Assembly (NCBI GenBank): GCA_030141605.1 | Contig: JAQGDQ010000082.1 | Coordinates: 1 to 64,000, forward strand | DNA from: Tubiluchus corallicola | Taxonomy: Eukaryota; Animalia; Priapulida | Direction: 5' to 3' | DNA length: 64,000 nt | Made by a program: the position numbers and the translations under genes | Notes under the pieces: model-generated | What the model saw: the letters and a program-made list of their open reading frames with translations, nothing else | Told to the model about the DNA's origin: nothing | Database searches by the model: none | Shown here: piece by piece, positions 29,301 through 42,038 of the stretch | How the letters are laid out: every line of letters begins with the position of its first letter | How positions within the stretch are numbered: the first letter of the stretch is position 1

Positions 29301-32272
29301 TGTGGAAGGAATGTTTTTTTATAATAAATACATGTTGATCAGTCAGTTGTAGCTACTTCATTGAAGTTAAGCAATATTTTATCAGAACTTGTCGAGGTTA
29401 CACTGTTGCACCCTAACAAAATTTGTGGAACAGTTTGGCAATTTTAAATAATGTGAGAAAAGTAAAATAAATAATTATGTTGTACAATGGAAAGTCGGCA
29501 CCAATATCTGCTTGTTTTTAATTAATTGTTAATACAGTTTTGTATGATTCTGGCATGTATTACTGAATTACTGTAGTATAATATTATTTAATGTTTGTGT
29601 GATTTCATCATGTTGCTTTGAGTGTTAGTTAGCCCAACTTATTATTTATGACATCCTTTTTTGATATTTTTTGCTCACTTGTGATTTTCTTCAGTTTTTC
29701 TTATGTAGTATTGTTGTTTGTACTGAGCTTGATTAACGAGATTTTACTTTCAAAAACTTTGCTTGTGTAAATCCTTGCAAAAGCTTGTAAAGTAAGTTTA
29801 ATTTTTTAACAAACATTAATCTTGGCATCTTTTTAAAATTTTAATGCCTGGTTTTTAAACAGTTATTTATCCGTCTGCAGAATGCTCATTATGAAAAATT
29901 AATGATTTTTAAAACACTTTTTTTATTCTGTGTAAATACTTGCCTTGATGTAATTTTTAATTTATATTTTTAGCATCAGAGGAACTCACGATGGGAGGCA
30001 TGAGGTTCACAACTTTTGACCTCGGTGGTCATCGGCAAGGTGAGTTTAGTTTGCCTATCCATATTACTTGCCAAAGCACTCTTAGTAAGTTTTTTGAAGT
30101 AAATTACTAAAAATGCTTATCTGTTTTTTTATATGTTATATAATTATAGTGCAGCTATCTTATTATAGCAACATAATTTTCATTTAAAGGAGAAGAAAAT
30201 GGAATTTTAAAGAACTTATCTCCTAAAGAACTTTCCATGCAAACTTATATTACTTAAATTACACTTACTTGTTTGAAATACATATGTAACTGAAAACGAA
30301 AATTCTTAACAATTTAAAACATTTGCACCACCCGGTAAACGCATCACTATTCTAATGTGCATCACCGATTCACCAAAAAACACGTTACTGACAACAAAAA
30401 GACATTTTATTTTTCTTAGCTTTGATTATTTTTTAAACTTTACGCAATGTTGTCTAAACTTGTTTCAAATGATTTATTTTCAAATGATCAAACTCGCTGA
30501 GTCTAACAGTAACTGCAGGAGTTTAGATTTACAAGTTTTATACAGAGTTATTGCTAATGCAAGCTTTGTATGCAATAAGACAGCATGTAAGCGATATAAA
30601 ATTTCAAGACGAATTTTAAGCTTTATTTTTGAAGAGGATTTTCTTGTGCTTTAATGTTTCATCACTTTGCTAGTGATCATTATATGCAGTGTTTGCGCCG
30701 AAGTCTAAAGCAAAAGTTTTGCTGTATTTGTTTTAGCACGAAAAGTTTGGAAGGATTATTTTCCAGCTGTTGACGCCATAGTATTTCTATTAGATTCATA
30801 TGACAGGGAGCGATTTAGAGAGGCAAAATCGGAATTAGATGTAAGTGTATATGAATACAGATAGTCATCGACTTACGACCTATGCGACTTACAACTGCTC
30901 GACTTTATGACCCAACTGAAACTTAATTATTTAATTTTACAAAACCAATTATAACTCGTATTGCTTTCTAGTTTTTTACACAGATTAACTTTAAATCTGT
31001 TTACATAAATTAGTCCTGAGTAAGGTGCCGCCTTACTTACTGCGCGTCCACACACAATGTTTTCCTTATAGGCGCACACCGCTAAAATCTATATGTCCGA
31101 CTTGCATCCAGTACGACCAATCCGCCAGTCCAGATTGTTGTCGTAACTTGACGGCTACCTGTATAGTAGTTTAAAAAATATCAATAAAGTAACTAACAAA
31201 TTCCAATTGCTTTCATCTATTAAATTCTGTGAAGTTTAAATGATATGGTTTCGTTTCAGAGTTTATTAACAGATGAACAAGTAGCTGGTTGTCCTGTTTT
31301 AGTACTTGGTAACAAAATTGATATACCAGGTGCAGCTTCAGAAGACGAGATTAGGACTGTGTTTGGACTCCATGGACAGACAACTGGAAAGGTAATGTAG
31401 TCCGCATCAACGAGTGGCATAACAGTTATGTCTTAGAATGTGGTGTGGAAAGAAACTCAAAACATTATTGTTTATGCTGGCATTTGGCAATGTTTGTAGA
31501 AAATATGCTGTTTGTAAGCCAAGCTCATAACTTGTGTTTTTCTTGCCTGTAAAATTTGGCAAATGTTTATTGGAATTACATAAAACTTTACGTAGAACAA
31601 TAGGGGCACAGATAATACGTGATTATAACTTTTAAATGATACATCAATTTATAGTTGGCATCAGTTTGCTGTCCTCTGGTTTTCTCACCAGTTATGAGCG
31701 CAGCTAAGACAATTCCATTAGTATTTGTACTTAGTTTAACTTATCCGGTAGATAAATTTGTGTAATTTCCAAACTACAATATTTTTTTTGACAAATTAGT
31801 TGTAAGTTTGGGAAATATTTATTATTCATGGCCTTTTTATTTTCATAAAAAACTTAGAAATGTTGTCTCTGTGAATAATGTTCTTATATGACATCGATGG
31901 AAATTCTTATATTAGTTTTTCCCTGCAGGTAATGAAACTTGTAGTTTGTTATATTACTCTTAACAGAAAATTTCTGGGACTAGGTAGATCTTAAGTGTGT
32001 CACTGCTCTTACTATCCTATTTTTATGAATTGTAGTTCAAGTACAACAACTTCGTGACAGTGCCTTTATCGTTCCTTTTACAACAGCACATATAAAGTGA
32101 TAACTTAAAATTTTTAATTAGAAGGCCTGTTACAAGTCATTACTCTTTTTTCCAGGGTAACATTCCAAAGTCGGAACTTCATGGTCGTCCTCTAGAATTG
32201 TTTATGTGCAGTGTGTTGAAACGACAGGGTTATGGAGAGGGGTTCCGCTGGTTGGCACAGTACATAGACTAA
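26378..32272 (+). CDS. SAR1: Small GTPase Sar1 (COPII initiator), 193 aa; exons 26378-26420, [28389-28508 or 28726-28845], 29974-30039, 30737-30840, 31260-31391, 32156-32272
   Basis: [14 protein letters not shown] / [18 protein letters not shown] / [22 protein letters not shown] / [18 protein letters not shown] / GNKID / [25 protein letters not shown]. All junctions are GT-AG and the CDS is 582 nt with either alternative exon. Confidence 0.97.
26508..27294. mobile_element. PIF/Harbinger-type MITE in a SAR1 intron, with a small nested GACTTG-repeat element (~26923-27018)
   Basis: TIR GGCCTCGTGCAGACATGCA versus reverse complement GGCCCCGAGCAGGTATGCA; TTA target duplication on both sides. Confidence 0.7.
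27711..28126. mobile_element. Fold-back/MITE-like element with two nested inverted-repeat pairs upstream of SAR1 exon 2a
   Basis: TAAGCTTTTTCACAGTT pairs with AACTGTGAAAAAGCTTA; GTCAAAGGTTAAGTGAAC (27756-27773) pairs with GTTCACTTAACCTTTGAC (28065-28082). Confidence 0.6.
28389..28508 (+). CDS. SAR1: SAR1 alternative exon 2a (divergent P-loop/switch I copy)
   Basis: 120 nt, phase 1-1, AG|...|GTAAGC; encodes [40 protein letters not shown]. Confidence 0.85.
28726..28845 (+). CDS. SAR1: SAR1 alternative exon 2b (metazoan-canonical P-loop/switch I copy)
   Basis: 120 nt, phase 1-1, with TACTAAC branch point 28692-28698 and TGTAG|...|GTAAGT; encodes [40 protein letters not shown]. Confidence 0.93.
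30175..30380 (+). repeat. Dispersed repeat; inverted copy at 37575-37780
   Basis: TAAAGGAGAAGAAAA...CAAACTTRTATTACTT...TGTGCAYCACYGATTCACCAAAAA is shared between the two loci in opposite orientation. Confidence 0.65.
30858..31161. mobile_element. Tc1/mariner (pogo/Tigger-like) MITE in a SAR1 intron
   Basis: TA|CAGATAGTCATCGACTTACGA ... TCGTAACTTGACGGCTACCTG|TA: imperfect TIRs with TA target duplication. Confidence 0.7.
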
Positions 32273-35200
32273 CGGCAAGCACCCGTTAACTAGCTTAATT
32301 ACTTTATTCATGTACAGGTGGTGCTGTTGTCAGCGTTTTGTGCATTCTTAGACATTTATAAAGTATGGGGGAGGGTCGATGACATTTTTCAGCAATTAGT
32401 TTCTTGTGCAAGTTATTACATGGACATTAGCATCTGCCGTCTTACTCGTTGCAGGAATTACAAAACTTACAGATTACAGAAGCAGCTTCTGTGAGCGCTG
32501 AAGTAAAATTGAAGTTTTCTTCGTCGTCTATATCTAAGCAAGTAGATAAATTGTTTTTGTCACATCATTTGTCACAAGCAAACACAAGTGTTTCAAAATA
32601 TATCAAAATTTATTTTAATAAAACTACTAAATAAAGCATCTGTGAAACGTATTCATTTGTGGTCTTCTTGATTTTATGAATATTTTTGTAGAAGTTTTTA
32701 AAGTGGTATCAATTAGCCTTAAAAATACATACATTAGCAACCTAAAATCTGTAAAAATAGCTTCATGTGATCAGCCGTGAATTTGAACTGTATTGTATGA
32801 TAGTTTTTGTATAGCTGAAAGAAGTAATATAATTTGCAGTATGCTTGTGTTCACTAGTCTATTTAAATTAATATAAACTTGCATAAATCAACTTAGTAGC
32901 ATTTGTGTATTGTTAGTTAACATAACAATTCTTTGCTTAAATTGCTGTTCTTCGTAAAATATTGCAAAATTTAGGTGTAAATTCAGTGTAAATTTAATGA
33001 TAAAAGCTGTCTGCATCAACTCATCCAAGTTCAAACTAATAGTTTTTTTGTCGTACACTTTTTGACTGTTGCACAATGTTCCATCACTCTAGTTTTCCTT
33101 GTGTATTTGTAAATAGCACAAATGTTTTGATAACAAAATTTTATTTAGAAATGTCTTTGATTTTTTGCTTGATAAACCCGGGATTAAATTTCAGTTATAT
33201 ATATTATATATGGACAATTTGGAAGTATTATTACATTTTCACCATTTATTTCAGCTTTATAGTATGAGTAGACATGTATGATAATGTGTTATGTTATTAT
33301 TTATCTAGTTTCTATTAGAAAATAAAAGCTTATGCTTATTGAAAATGTTATCGTCCAGCTCAAAGTGACTGATTCCTCAAATTCAAGATTGGCTTATAAT
33401 CTGTCTTTCGTTATTGTACGTTTTGTTAATAAATTTTCTTTTTTCGACATTAGTTGGGTTTCTAGATGCCTGACACTGTTCTCTCATGAATTTTCAAAAA
33501 GCAGATTTAAATTATTTTATATACACTTGTTGACATAATTTTGTTGTTACAAAATGCTTTTCAAGAAATTAAAGATTTCTTCTGAAACTAAACACTCCTC
33601 TAGTTCATTAAGAAAGTTGGGCAAGTGTTCTGCTATAATATAAATAAGTTATGCCAAAAGACCCTATGCATCTATGTTAGAAAATTCTAGTGCTTTATTT
33701 CTTTTAAATGTTCTACTGTGTGTGGCTGGATTCTCTGCAGTGTTCAGTGCTGCTAATTGCGAAATTTTGCAGAATGAATGCCAATTTGTGTTCATTACAA
33801 TGAATTAGTAACCTCAGCAGTTTCCTGTAAATGTCACCAATCGCAGATTGTTAAACAGTTGTGAATGTCAATGTTGTTATGCAGTTGTGTTATAAAGATC
33901 AAAGTGTTCATTATATGTGTATAAAACTTCTGTTATATCAATCATCTTTCTAAGACAATCACGTTAAATGTGACTTTTGTCTTCCGCAAAATCTATAATA
34001 ATTAAGGGTTGTTCTTGCACCTGACAGTTTTTGCACTCGTACAAAGTGTACATTATGAAATTGACTGTGGGGTTTATAGTCATACCTCTTTATACTGCCC
34101 ACTTTGGGAGAGCAAAAATTAGCATTGTATACATTTCAGTACGTTTGAATTCAGCCATTTTCCAATTGGTAGATGGGGTTGGCATTAATAGGTGGAGATG
34201 GTGTCAATATGTTGAAGTTTGACTGTATATTGAAACTGGGAGAACAAGTCAAATAGAGCTAAGCTACCAGTGTATACTTTGACCTTTGACTAAGATTTGA
34301 CATTTGGTTCATCTTTGTTCTTTTGCTTATAACAATTTTGCACAAGATCACATAATGCAGTTTTTTGCAGTCTTTCTGACTGAAAAATTCCAATTCTGTG
34401 GGTGAAACTTCTCCAAAAGTGATTGTTCCCATAAGGTAACAAATAGTCAGTTTATGAGAACCATTTATTCATTCATGTTGTTGTGTAAATCTCAACAACT
34501 GAACTGATCGGATAGGCAGCTGTAGAACTTTTTCGAAAGTTGGTGCTGTAGCTGCTACTGTAGTGTGTAGTTGCATAAGGTGTTCGCTATAAAATTTTCA
34601 GTCTATAAAATTTATGCGTGTAAGGGTATGTCACAAGCTCAGATTTTTCTTCTCAAACAGGAAGTGGTGTTAAGTGCTGCCATCTACAGGCTTGGATTTT
34701 ATAACTGCGTACACGTACATACATGCTGATTAAATTTTGTCTGTCATTAACTGCTCATGCTGTGACTACTGTATTTTCTTTATAATCCTAATATAGTGTA
34801 AATCTACACCTGGGATGAAATTGTACTTTTGTCATCTCATTCTGTTTTCGCCAGCTTCATGATAAATCGATTGTTTGATTTGAAAATGTATTTTAATAAA
34901 ATTTTACTATATATGGCTATTTACAAGCATTTCTGTTAATTCAACGTTCAAGCTCCATTGTGTCAGAACATTGGTAATGACTGTAAATCATTTTTTCAGC
35001 ATGTCTGAATGTCAAGAAATTAAAGCAATAAAGTTTTATTGAAAATTAAATAAGACAACTCATGTAAAATAGATGCCCACAAAATTATTGCAGGTGTTAG
35101 CTCATCAGCTAAAAGTGAACTAATATACAATGATCATAGTAACACCAAGACCATACACCAATACTGCAGCCAAGTTAGAACTACATTCATACACTATACT

Positions 35201-37069
35201 ACACCTATACATTCTCAGTAACAGAGATTCATCATAACCCTCTGAGTTTCCTTGACTGGGAAACCTGACAATGTACTGAGATGAAAGCAAGATCTATTCA
35301 GTAATAAAATACTTTTTTAAAAGTTCATGGAAGATGAAAACCAAGGTTAACTAAGTCGTTTTTCTCAGACATTGAAGTAAAAAAAAACTTAACAAAACCA
35401 ACAAATGAACATCAGATTGTTCAAAAAAGTGAATTAATACAATTAAGTACTTTGTAAGAAATTAGTTTAACACTCATACCTGGACATGCCTGCCAATAAC
35501 CTATATTCACTACTAGTAGTAGTATAGTATTAAATTTAATCAAATGTTCAAGCATTATACAAAGTTGTTACAGCAGCTGTGAGATGAGTCCTATAAATAA
35601 CAAGTACACAAACTTTTGAGAGTGCAGTTAAAATAGATCAAAACATTTTTTACAAAACTAGTTAGACCTACGTAATTGCTAGTAGTACACAAGGCAATAA
35701 CATTAGTAAATGTTAATCAGTGTAGTGTAAATAAGTACATCTGAGCTGCAATGGCACGAAAAAGCTAAATATTTAATATCAGCCAGGTAATGTGGCACTT
35801 TTCACAAATAACTAAAAAATTGATATTATAACATCATTGTGCAGCTTTTCTATTGATTTATCCTACCACTATAATAAATGTACAAATATACCTTGAAACA
35901 CCGATAGAACATAAGTGTTTACAAAAAAATACCACCAACAGAAGTACCTACTTGGAAGTATGCCTCGCTAAAACGAACTCATATTACATATCTTATAATG
36001 CGATCACAATTCAGTGTGTTGACAGTAAACCCAAATGATAGTAAAGAATGTTTCAATTCTTTTGCAATGTTCCAACATCTTAATCCAGCAAAACTGGATT
36101 CCATTTCTTCTTAATTGTATAATAACTTAAGCGCAGGATCAAAATTCCATTTGTTCTAATGAAAATGGTAAAAAATCATTTTACTTTTTCATGACAAGTC
36201 TTAAACATTTTACATCCACTAGTTGGTCTGTGAGATTCCATTATGAGATTCAACACCATTAACTAAACAGTTATATATGTAGGTGTACACCAAGTTACAT
36301 ATCTTATTCTTTTTTTTTGAAAACATGATTTATGAACAAAAATGTTGACAAACACACACTTATGCAATTATACTATAGTCCATCAGATAATAACTTGGTT
36401 ACAGTCAGAACTTACAACAGCTTACTCTATGGGCAGATAACAATAAAATGTCATTAACATCTCTAGAAATCTGAGGAGTCAAATAAAAGATTACAATAAA
36501 CACCAATCTTCCAGTGTTGTAAGAAAAAAACAATGACAATTTGGAAACGAACATGCAACATGATCAACGGTTCAAGCACAGAGGTAAACACTGTAACCAC
36601 TCTGACGCAACAATCCAAGATATCTACATTGTCTCAGAAAAATTTTATCATTATGTAAGCTTGCAGAAAAATTAAGTTAAAATTTAGAAAATGTTCATCA
36701 AGATTTTGTTGAGTATGCAAATAGTAAAAAGTCAAAATGAACAAAAAACAACTTCCTAATTTTGGTATTCATTTAACTGGAAGCATGTATCATACATAAT
36801 ATGATATCGGTATAGTATACTACCAGTGCAACTTATCTTATATAAATGTAGTCAAGATTTTAAAAATCAGAATATTATGGAGTGTGTTTCACAAACTGAC
36901 AAACAATTTGCAAAAAAATTATCTGCTGCAATGAAATTTTCCTTCATATAACTAACTTACTAATAACTACTATCATCAACATTGAGTAATTTTTTCTAAC
37001 TAAAATTTACGTGTCAGCTGATTCTAACAAAATTTAACAGATTAATCACTTCAAACTCCAAACCTTTGC

Positions 37070-39687
37070 CTATAACAGTAAGTGAGCAATGGCTGCTAGA
37101 ATAGCGCTAGCGAATACGACTAAAATTGGTGTTATTCTGTCAGCACTGTTGCATCCGTCCTTGTCGCACTGATAAACAAATTGATGGAACCCGTCTCCTA
37201 TCTGGACATACCAGAAATCTGTCTCGTTATCTGTGTGTGGAATGAATGCACAATCCCGCCATAACCGAATTCCCTGCTTTGCTAAAATAAAGCAGTACAT
37301 GAAAACACTCGTCATAAGTAAAACTTAAAAAATTAGTCTTGAAACTTTATAGCGACCTTGCGTTAATAGTAATGCTGTATAAAACTTGCAAATTCAAAAC
37401 TCCCGCAATGACTGCGGGGTGCAGCCATTTTAATGGCAAGTTTAGATAACGTTACATAAAGTTTAAAAAAATAAACTGAAATAATCTAAAATAATAATAA
37501 TAATTTGTAGCACACACTTTGCTAGCTAAACAAAAGTATAAATGACTTTACACTGTCAATCAGATTGATAATGTATTTTTGGTGAATCAGTGGTGCACAC
37601 TGGGATGGCGATAGAGTGCCATTTTACCAGGTAGGACGAACATTTTAAATCATTAATTTTTTTTCCAATTACACTAATCTTTCAAACAGGTAAGCATAGT
37701 GCCAAGTAATACAAGTTTGTACAGAAAGTTTTTTGGGATATACTTTGAAATTTACTTTTCTTCTCCTTTACTGGAAATGATAAAATGAGTGTATTAATTG
37801 GCTAAGTATGTTAATCCATGTTTTACCAATCAAGAAGCAGATATTGTTACATCACGTTTATTTATGGTAACAAGGTAAAGCTTGTAATGGTTCAAATACA
37901 AGTAAACTGGTGTGAAGCCATTAATGAAGAAAACTGACTAAAATAAAATAATGTAAAAATTCTATAAATAGACACCTAAAAGGGAAATACTGTAAATGTT
38001 AAAATTAATTTAAAATACTTAAAAAACAAATAGACAGTTTTTAAAAAATTAGCTAATTCATAACACAAGAGTCAAGAGAATAATGAGCAGATTAACACAA
38101 TTTCAAAATTTTCAGTTAGAACTAGATTAAGGTAATTCTACTGTCTTACTAACAATTATTGCAGAATGTAAAGCAATTAAAAAGAACCTTACTATCTAAA
38201 TCAATTTTCCTGCACATAGTGTAGCCAGTCTTATCATTCCAGCCTGGTACGTCATCCTTTTTCTTATACGCATCTGGATCATTACAGTCGATAAGAAATG
38301 ATTCTTTTAAGGGTGGTTCCAAGCATCCTTCCTTGTCATCTATAGATGCACACACATAGCACTTGATAGCTGCACCTGAAATATAGGTTATTTTGCAAGG
38401 AAATGTGAAGTATGTAGACCAGTTTAATGAAATCAAACGGGTATCATTATGGAGAATGTACTAAGTGACCACATGTAGAATTTTGATGAGCAAGCAGTTA
38501 AGCATCATTGATATAGTAAATTCATGGATGACTAGACTATAGGAAAAATTGGTTCCATACTTTCTAAGCAGTTTTAGTTTTAGCCCATGGGTAATTCATT
38601 CTACAGGCGAGCAATACAAAGTGAGGTCTGCAGGCAGGAGGTTCTACTTCTATTTAAAAGCACACAAGTGTGCATATCGACTGACCTTGCATACAACAAC
38701 TGTCTATCTAACTGGTGATGAAGGAAACCGTGCATTGCCTTATACCAAAATACAAGACAAGATAGGTCACTTCAGTGTTTGATACTAATAATTTTGAGAG
38801 TTAGCAGACATTTATGATAATCAGGTACAGGTCCTCAAACTAGGAGGTGTGTATAGCGTGTTGCCTTTCACTGCATGGATTGTGCTTTATGACTGTACCA
38901 CAGACAGTGGGGGACCAAACAATGGCACTGTAGTCCAGCAGTGGCCAGACCAGTGAATAATATAGTAGGTTGAAGTTTTCAGAAATGGAACGCCAATATG
39001 TTCTGAAAACAAATGCAAGCAGGAGTCTTGCTTAACTGCAGCTTTTGGATATGTGAAAGTTCCAGGTATTGTGGTTTGGCAAAGAGACTCCAAAATGTTT
39101 ATGAGTCTGCACTTCCTTGATGACCTTACCGTTGATGCTAATGACTTCAGGGTGACAACCTCTTGTACATAACCAAGAGCTCAGTTTTTGAGGTATTAAG
39201 AGCTAGCTTTGTGTGTTCTGCACTAGGCATTAACATTGGGAGGATCCTAATAACAGGTTTATAGAACTGTGTCATCGGCATAATTGTATAAATGGTTTTC
39301 ACGAAAAATAATTTCTGACAAATTGTTTGTATACAAGAATGAACCAAACACTGCAAACAAAAGTGAACCAAGAAGGGACAGAGATTTGCAAACATCTAGC
39401 CTCACGTATATACACCAAAAGTAAATACACAGCACATACTAGCCTGAAAATAAGTTTAGAAAAAATTAAGTACGCAGATGTCGCATCTAAATAACCAGTT
39501 GTATTTCAAAGAACCAGCAGTAATTTATTGAATAAAATACCGGTACCAATAGCCTAGGCCACTACAGCTAGGAAGTGCAAGTCTTATTAAACTATCAACA
39601 AAAACGGAAACTTTACCTACCCGTTCGAACGTAAAACACTAAACAAATTAATGCAACCTGCAGTAGTAAATGCCTGTATAAACACAT
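37070..39687 (-). CDS. GPI-anchored Ly6/three-finger protein A (crooked-like, 8 Cys), 153 aa; exons 39687-39621, 38375-38193, 37281-37070
   Basis: Signal peptide MCLYRHLLLQVALICLVFYVRTG; AIKCYVC...GC...DC...TMCRKI / RLWRDCAFI...QCDKDGCNSA; hydrophobic C-terminal tail. Both introns are phase 1. Confidence 0.87.
37575..37780 (-). repeat. Dispersed repeat, inverted homolog of 30175-30380
   Basis: Manual alignment of shared blocks. Confidence 0.6.
38560..39400 (-). mobile_element. Degenerate LINE RT remnant in intron 1 of Ly6 gene A
   Basis: The minus strand encodes NYADDTVL near 39270-39287, preceded by a degenerate ILGPLLF-type block and followed by LALNTSKTELLV; multiple frameshifts. Confidence 0.55.
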
Positions 39688-40142
39688 GTTAAGTGAAATA
39701 GAAGAAATTAAATGTCAAGGACAAAATAAACAAATTTATCTTTCAGATTGTGGACAGAGCAGTACAACCTGTACAGTGTACAAGTCCAGGCACAGCAAGC
39801 CGATCTAAGCAAAATGCACTTCTTTTTCATTAGCTGCGTGTAGCGAGTTACGTTGAATCACTTTTTAAGCCGCCGTCATTTGTCAGGCAAAATGACTGGT
39901 TTTTAGGAAATTGACCGAGTCACCAAAATAATGGTTTTGCGGAATGTGGATACACGAGATCCGCGACTTGCACATTAACTGGGTCCGCTAGTTTATGAGA
40001 ATCCACCGCAAAAAATTAATTTTTACGTATTTAGGTCATTTGTGTGACAATTAAACTGTGAGCATTAATTTGTTGGTTTTTCTTTATTGAATAGTTAATT
40101 AATTCTTTGGTCACCTTTCTTTCACTTTATTGTTTTGCCTAT

Positions 40143-41245
40143 AGCCAACCAACCAACCCATCAACAAACTAACACAAGAAATGAATGAATGAACAAACAA
40201 GCAAACTAAGTTTAACTGACAAACTATCAACACATATATACAAACAAATAGACAAACAATCAAAAAAACCAACAAAGAAGCAAACTGGAGCAACCACCAA
40301 CCCACCTGCCACTAGCCCATCCAACCATCCAAAAGCAAGCAACCAACCAAAAGCCAATCAATCAATCAATTGACCAACTAACCAGCCAGTTAACCCCCCA
40401 CCCCAACCAACAAACCAAACAAGCCAATCCAATAAACCAGCCAACCAGCAGCCAGCTAGGCAATCAACTAACTAACTAACCAATCAGCCAACCAACCAGC
40501 CACACAACCAATCAATGGCATTTCACCAACCAATCAACCAACTAACCAATAGTCAATCAGCAGCCAGCTAGCCAATCAACCAAACAACTAACCAATGGCA
40601 ATCAAGCAACCAGCCAGCCACCAACCAAGCAATCAAGCAACCAGCCAGCCACCAACCAAGCAACCAATCAATGGCCGCCAACCAACCAGCAAACTAAACA
40701 TCCAACTCACTGACCCGACCGACTGATCAGCCGGCTACTCATACAACCACCCAATGGCAGTCAACAACCAACCAATACCCAGCCAGTTGAAAGAATAACC
40801 AATCAATGTTAACCAAGAAACAACTAACCAGCAAGGTAGCCAGTCAGCCAAATAACCAAGCAACCAACCAATGACAATTAACCATTCAATTGCCATCAAC
40901 ATACCAAACAATCAACCAACCAGCCAGACAAACATCCGGCGCTCTGACCAGCCAGCCAGCTGCACAACCAGCCATCGACAACCAGTTACCTATCCAACGA
41001 ACCTACCAACCTGCCAGCCAGCAGTTAGCCAACTAACTAACAACCAGCCAAACAACCAATCAATCAGCCAGTCAGCTAGCCGGCTAACAAACCAAAACCA
41101 ACCAATGGCAATCAACCAACCAACCAACAAACAAAGCAACCAATCAACCGACCAAACAAACAAGCAAACAATAACTCAACCAACCAATCAACTAACCCAC
41201 AATCAATCAGCCAGTCAGCCAGCCAACCGAACTGAACCGACCAAA
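40143..41245. repeat. Degenerate (AACC/AGCC/AATC)n tetranucleotide satellite, ~1.1 kb
   Basis: Directly visible; source of the spurious N/Q/P/T-rich ORFs. Confidence 0.9.
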
Positions 41246-41373
41246 TACGTTTCGTGCTTTTTTATACTGTACACGAGGGTGTGGACTGGGAAGGAATCCT
41301 GCTTTCTCGAGTTTGTTGATTTTGGCTTATTTCACTTGAAATGCTTACATTATCATAATGGTAATCACCCACC

Positions 41374-41620
41374 TCGCCAGTTAGCATTTCGTCAGCAAAT
41401 ACGTGTTACTTATTGTCAGTCTATTTTTTCGCCAGTCTATCATTTCTCCAGTCTATCTTTTCGCCAGTGCATCGTTTCGCCAATCTATCTTTTCGTCAGT
41501 GTATCATTTCGCCAGTGTGTCATTTCGCCAGTGTACCATTTCGCCACTTGCAGCTAGAAATAGTGCAGTAAGTATCTAAATAGCAGTATACTTCGCCAGT
41601 GCATCTTTTCGCAAAGCGTA
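41374..41620. repeat. ~17-bp tandem repeat (TTTCGCCAGTGTATCAT-like), probably transposon subterminal
   Basis: Multiple imperfect copies are visible, most clearly at 41427-41547. Confidence 0.7.
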
Positions 41621-42038
41621 TCATTTATTCAGTTATAGGCGAAATAAGCATAAGTTACACCGTTTTCCAAGTGAAAATTTCTCCAAATGGAACTTAGGGC
41701 TAACTCGAAGTTGTTGACCATGATGGAGATAATAAAAATGATATACCTTATCTTGTAACCAAGTTCTCCTCTTTTTTCCTAAGAGCTATAACACTCCCTC
41801 CGAGACATCCACGAAGTGCTTCACAACGTTTTTTGTATGTGGTGTTCGGTCAAGTTTTTTTTTGAAAAAAAGCGGGCGAAAAATGTTCATTTGGGCGATT
41901 GTTTGTTAATCTACTTATAAAATTCTTGTTCGTGACACCATCTGTGGTAGTAATGTAAACTTTTAGCTTCAAGACAGCTTTCAAGCAGTTATCTGTGAGT
42001 CACCTGTCTGTTCTTTACCTGTGTTGTAAACAGTCAAT

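Noticed and set aside
40871-41557. 228-aa N/Q/P/T-rich ORF
   Set aside because: Read-through of the AACC satellite and 17-bp repeats; no domain features.
41374-41620. Short repeats as a possible CRISPR array
   Set aside because: The units are tandem without unique spacers, the context is eukaryotic, and there are no cas genes.
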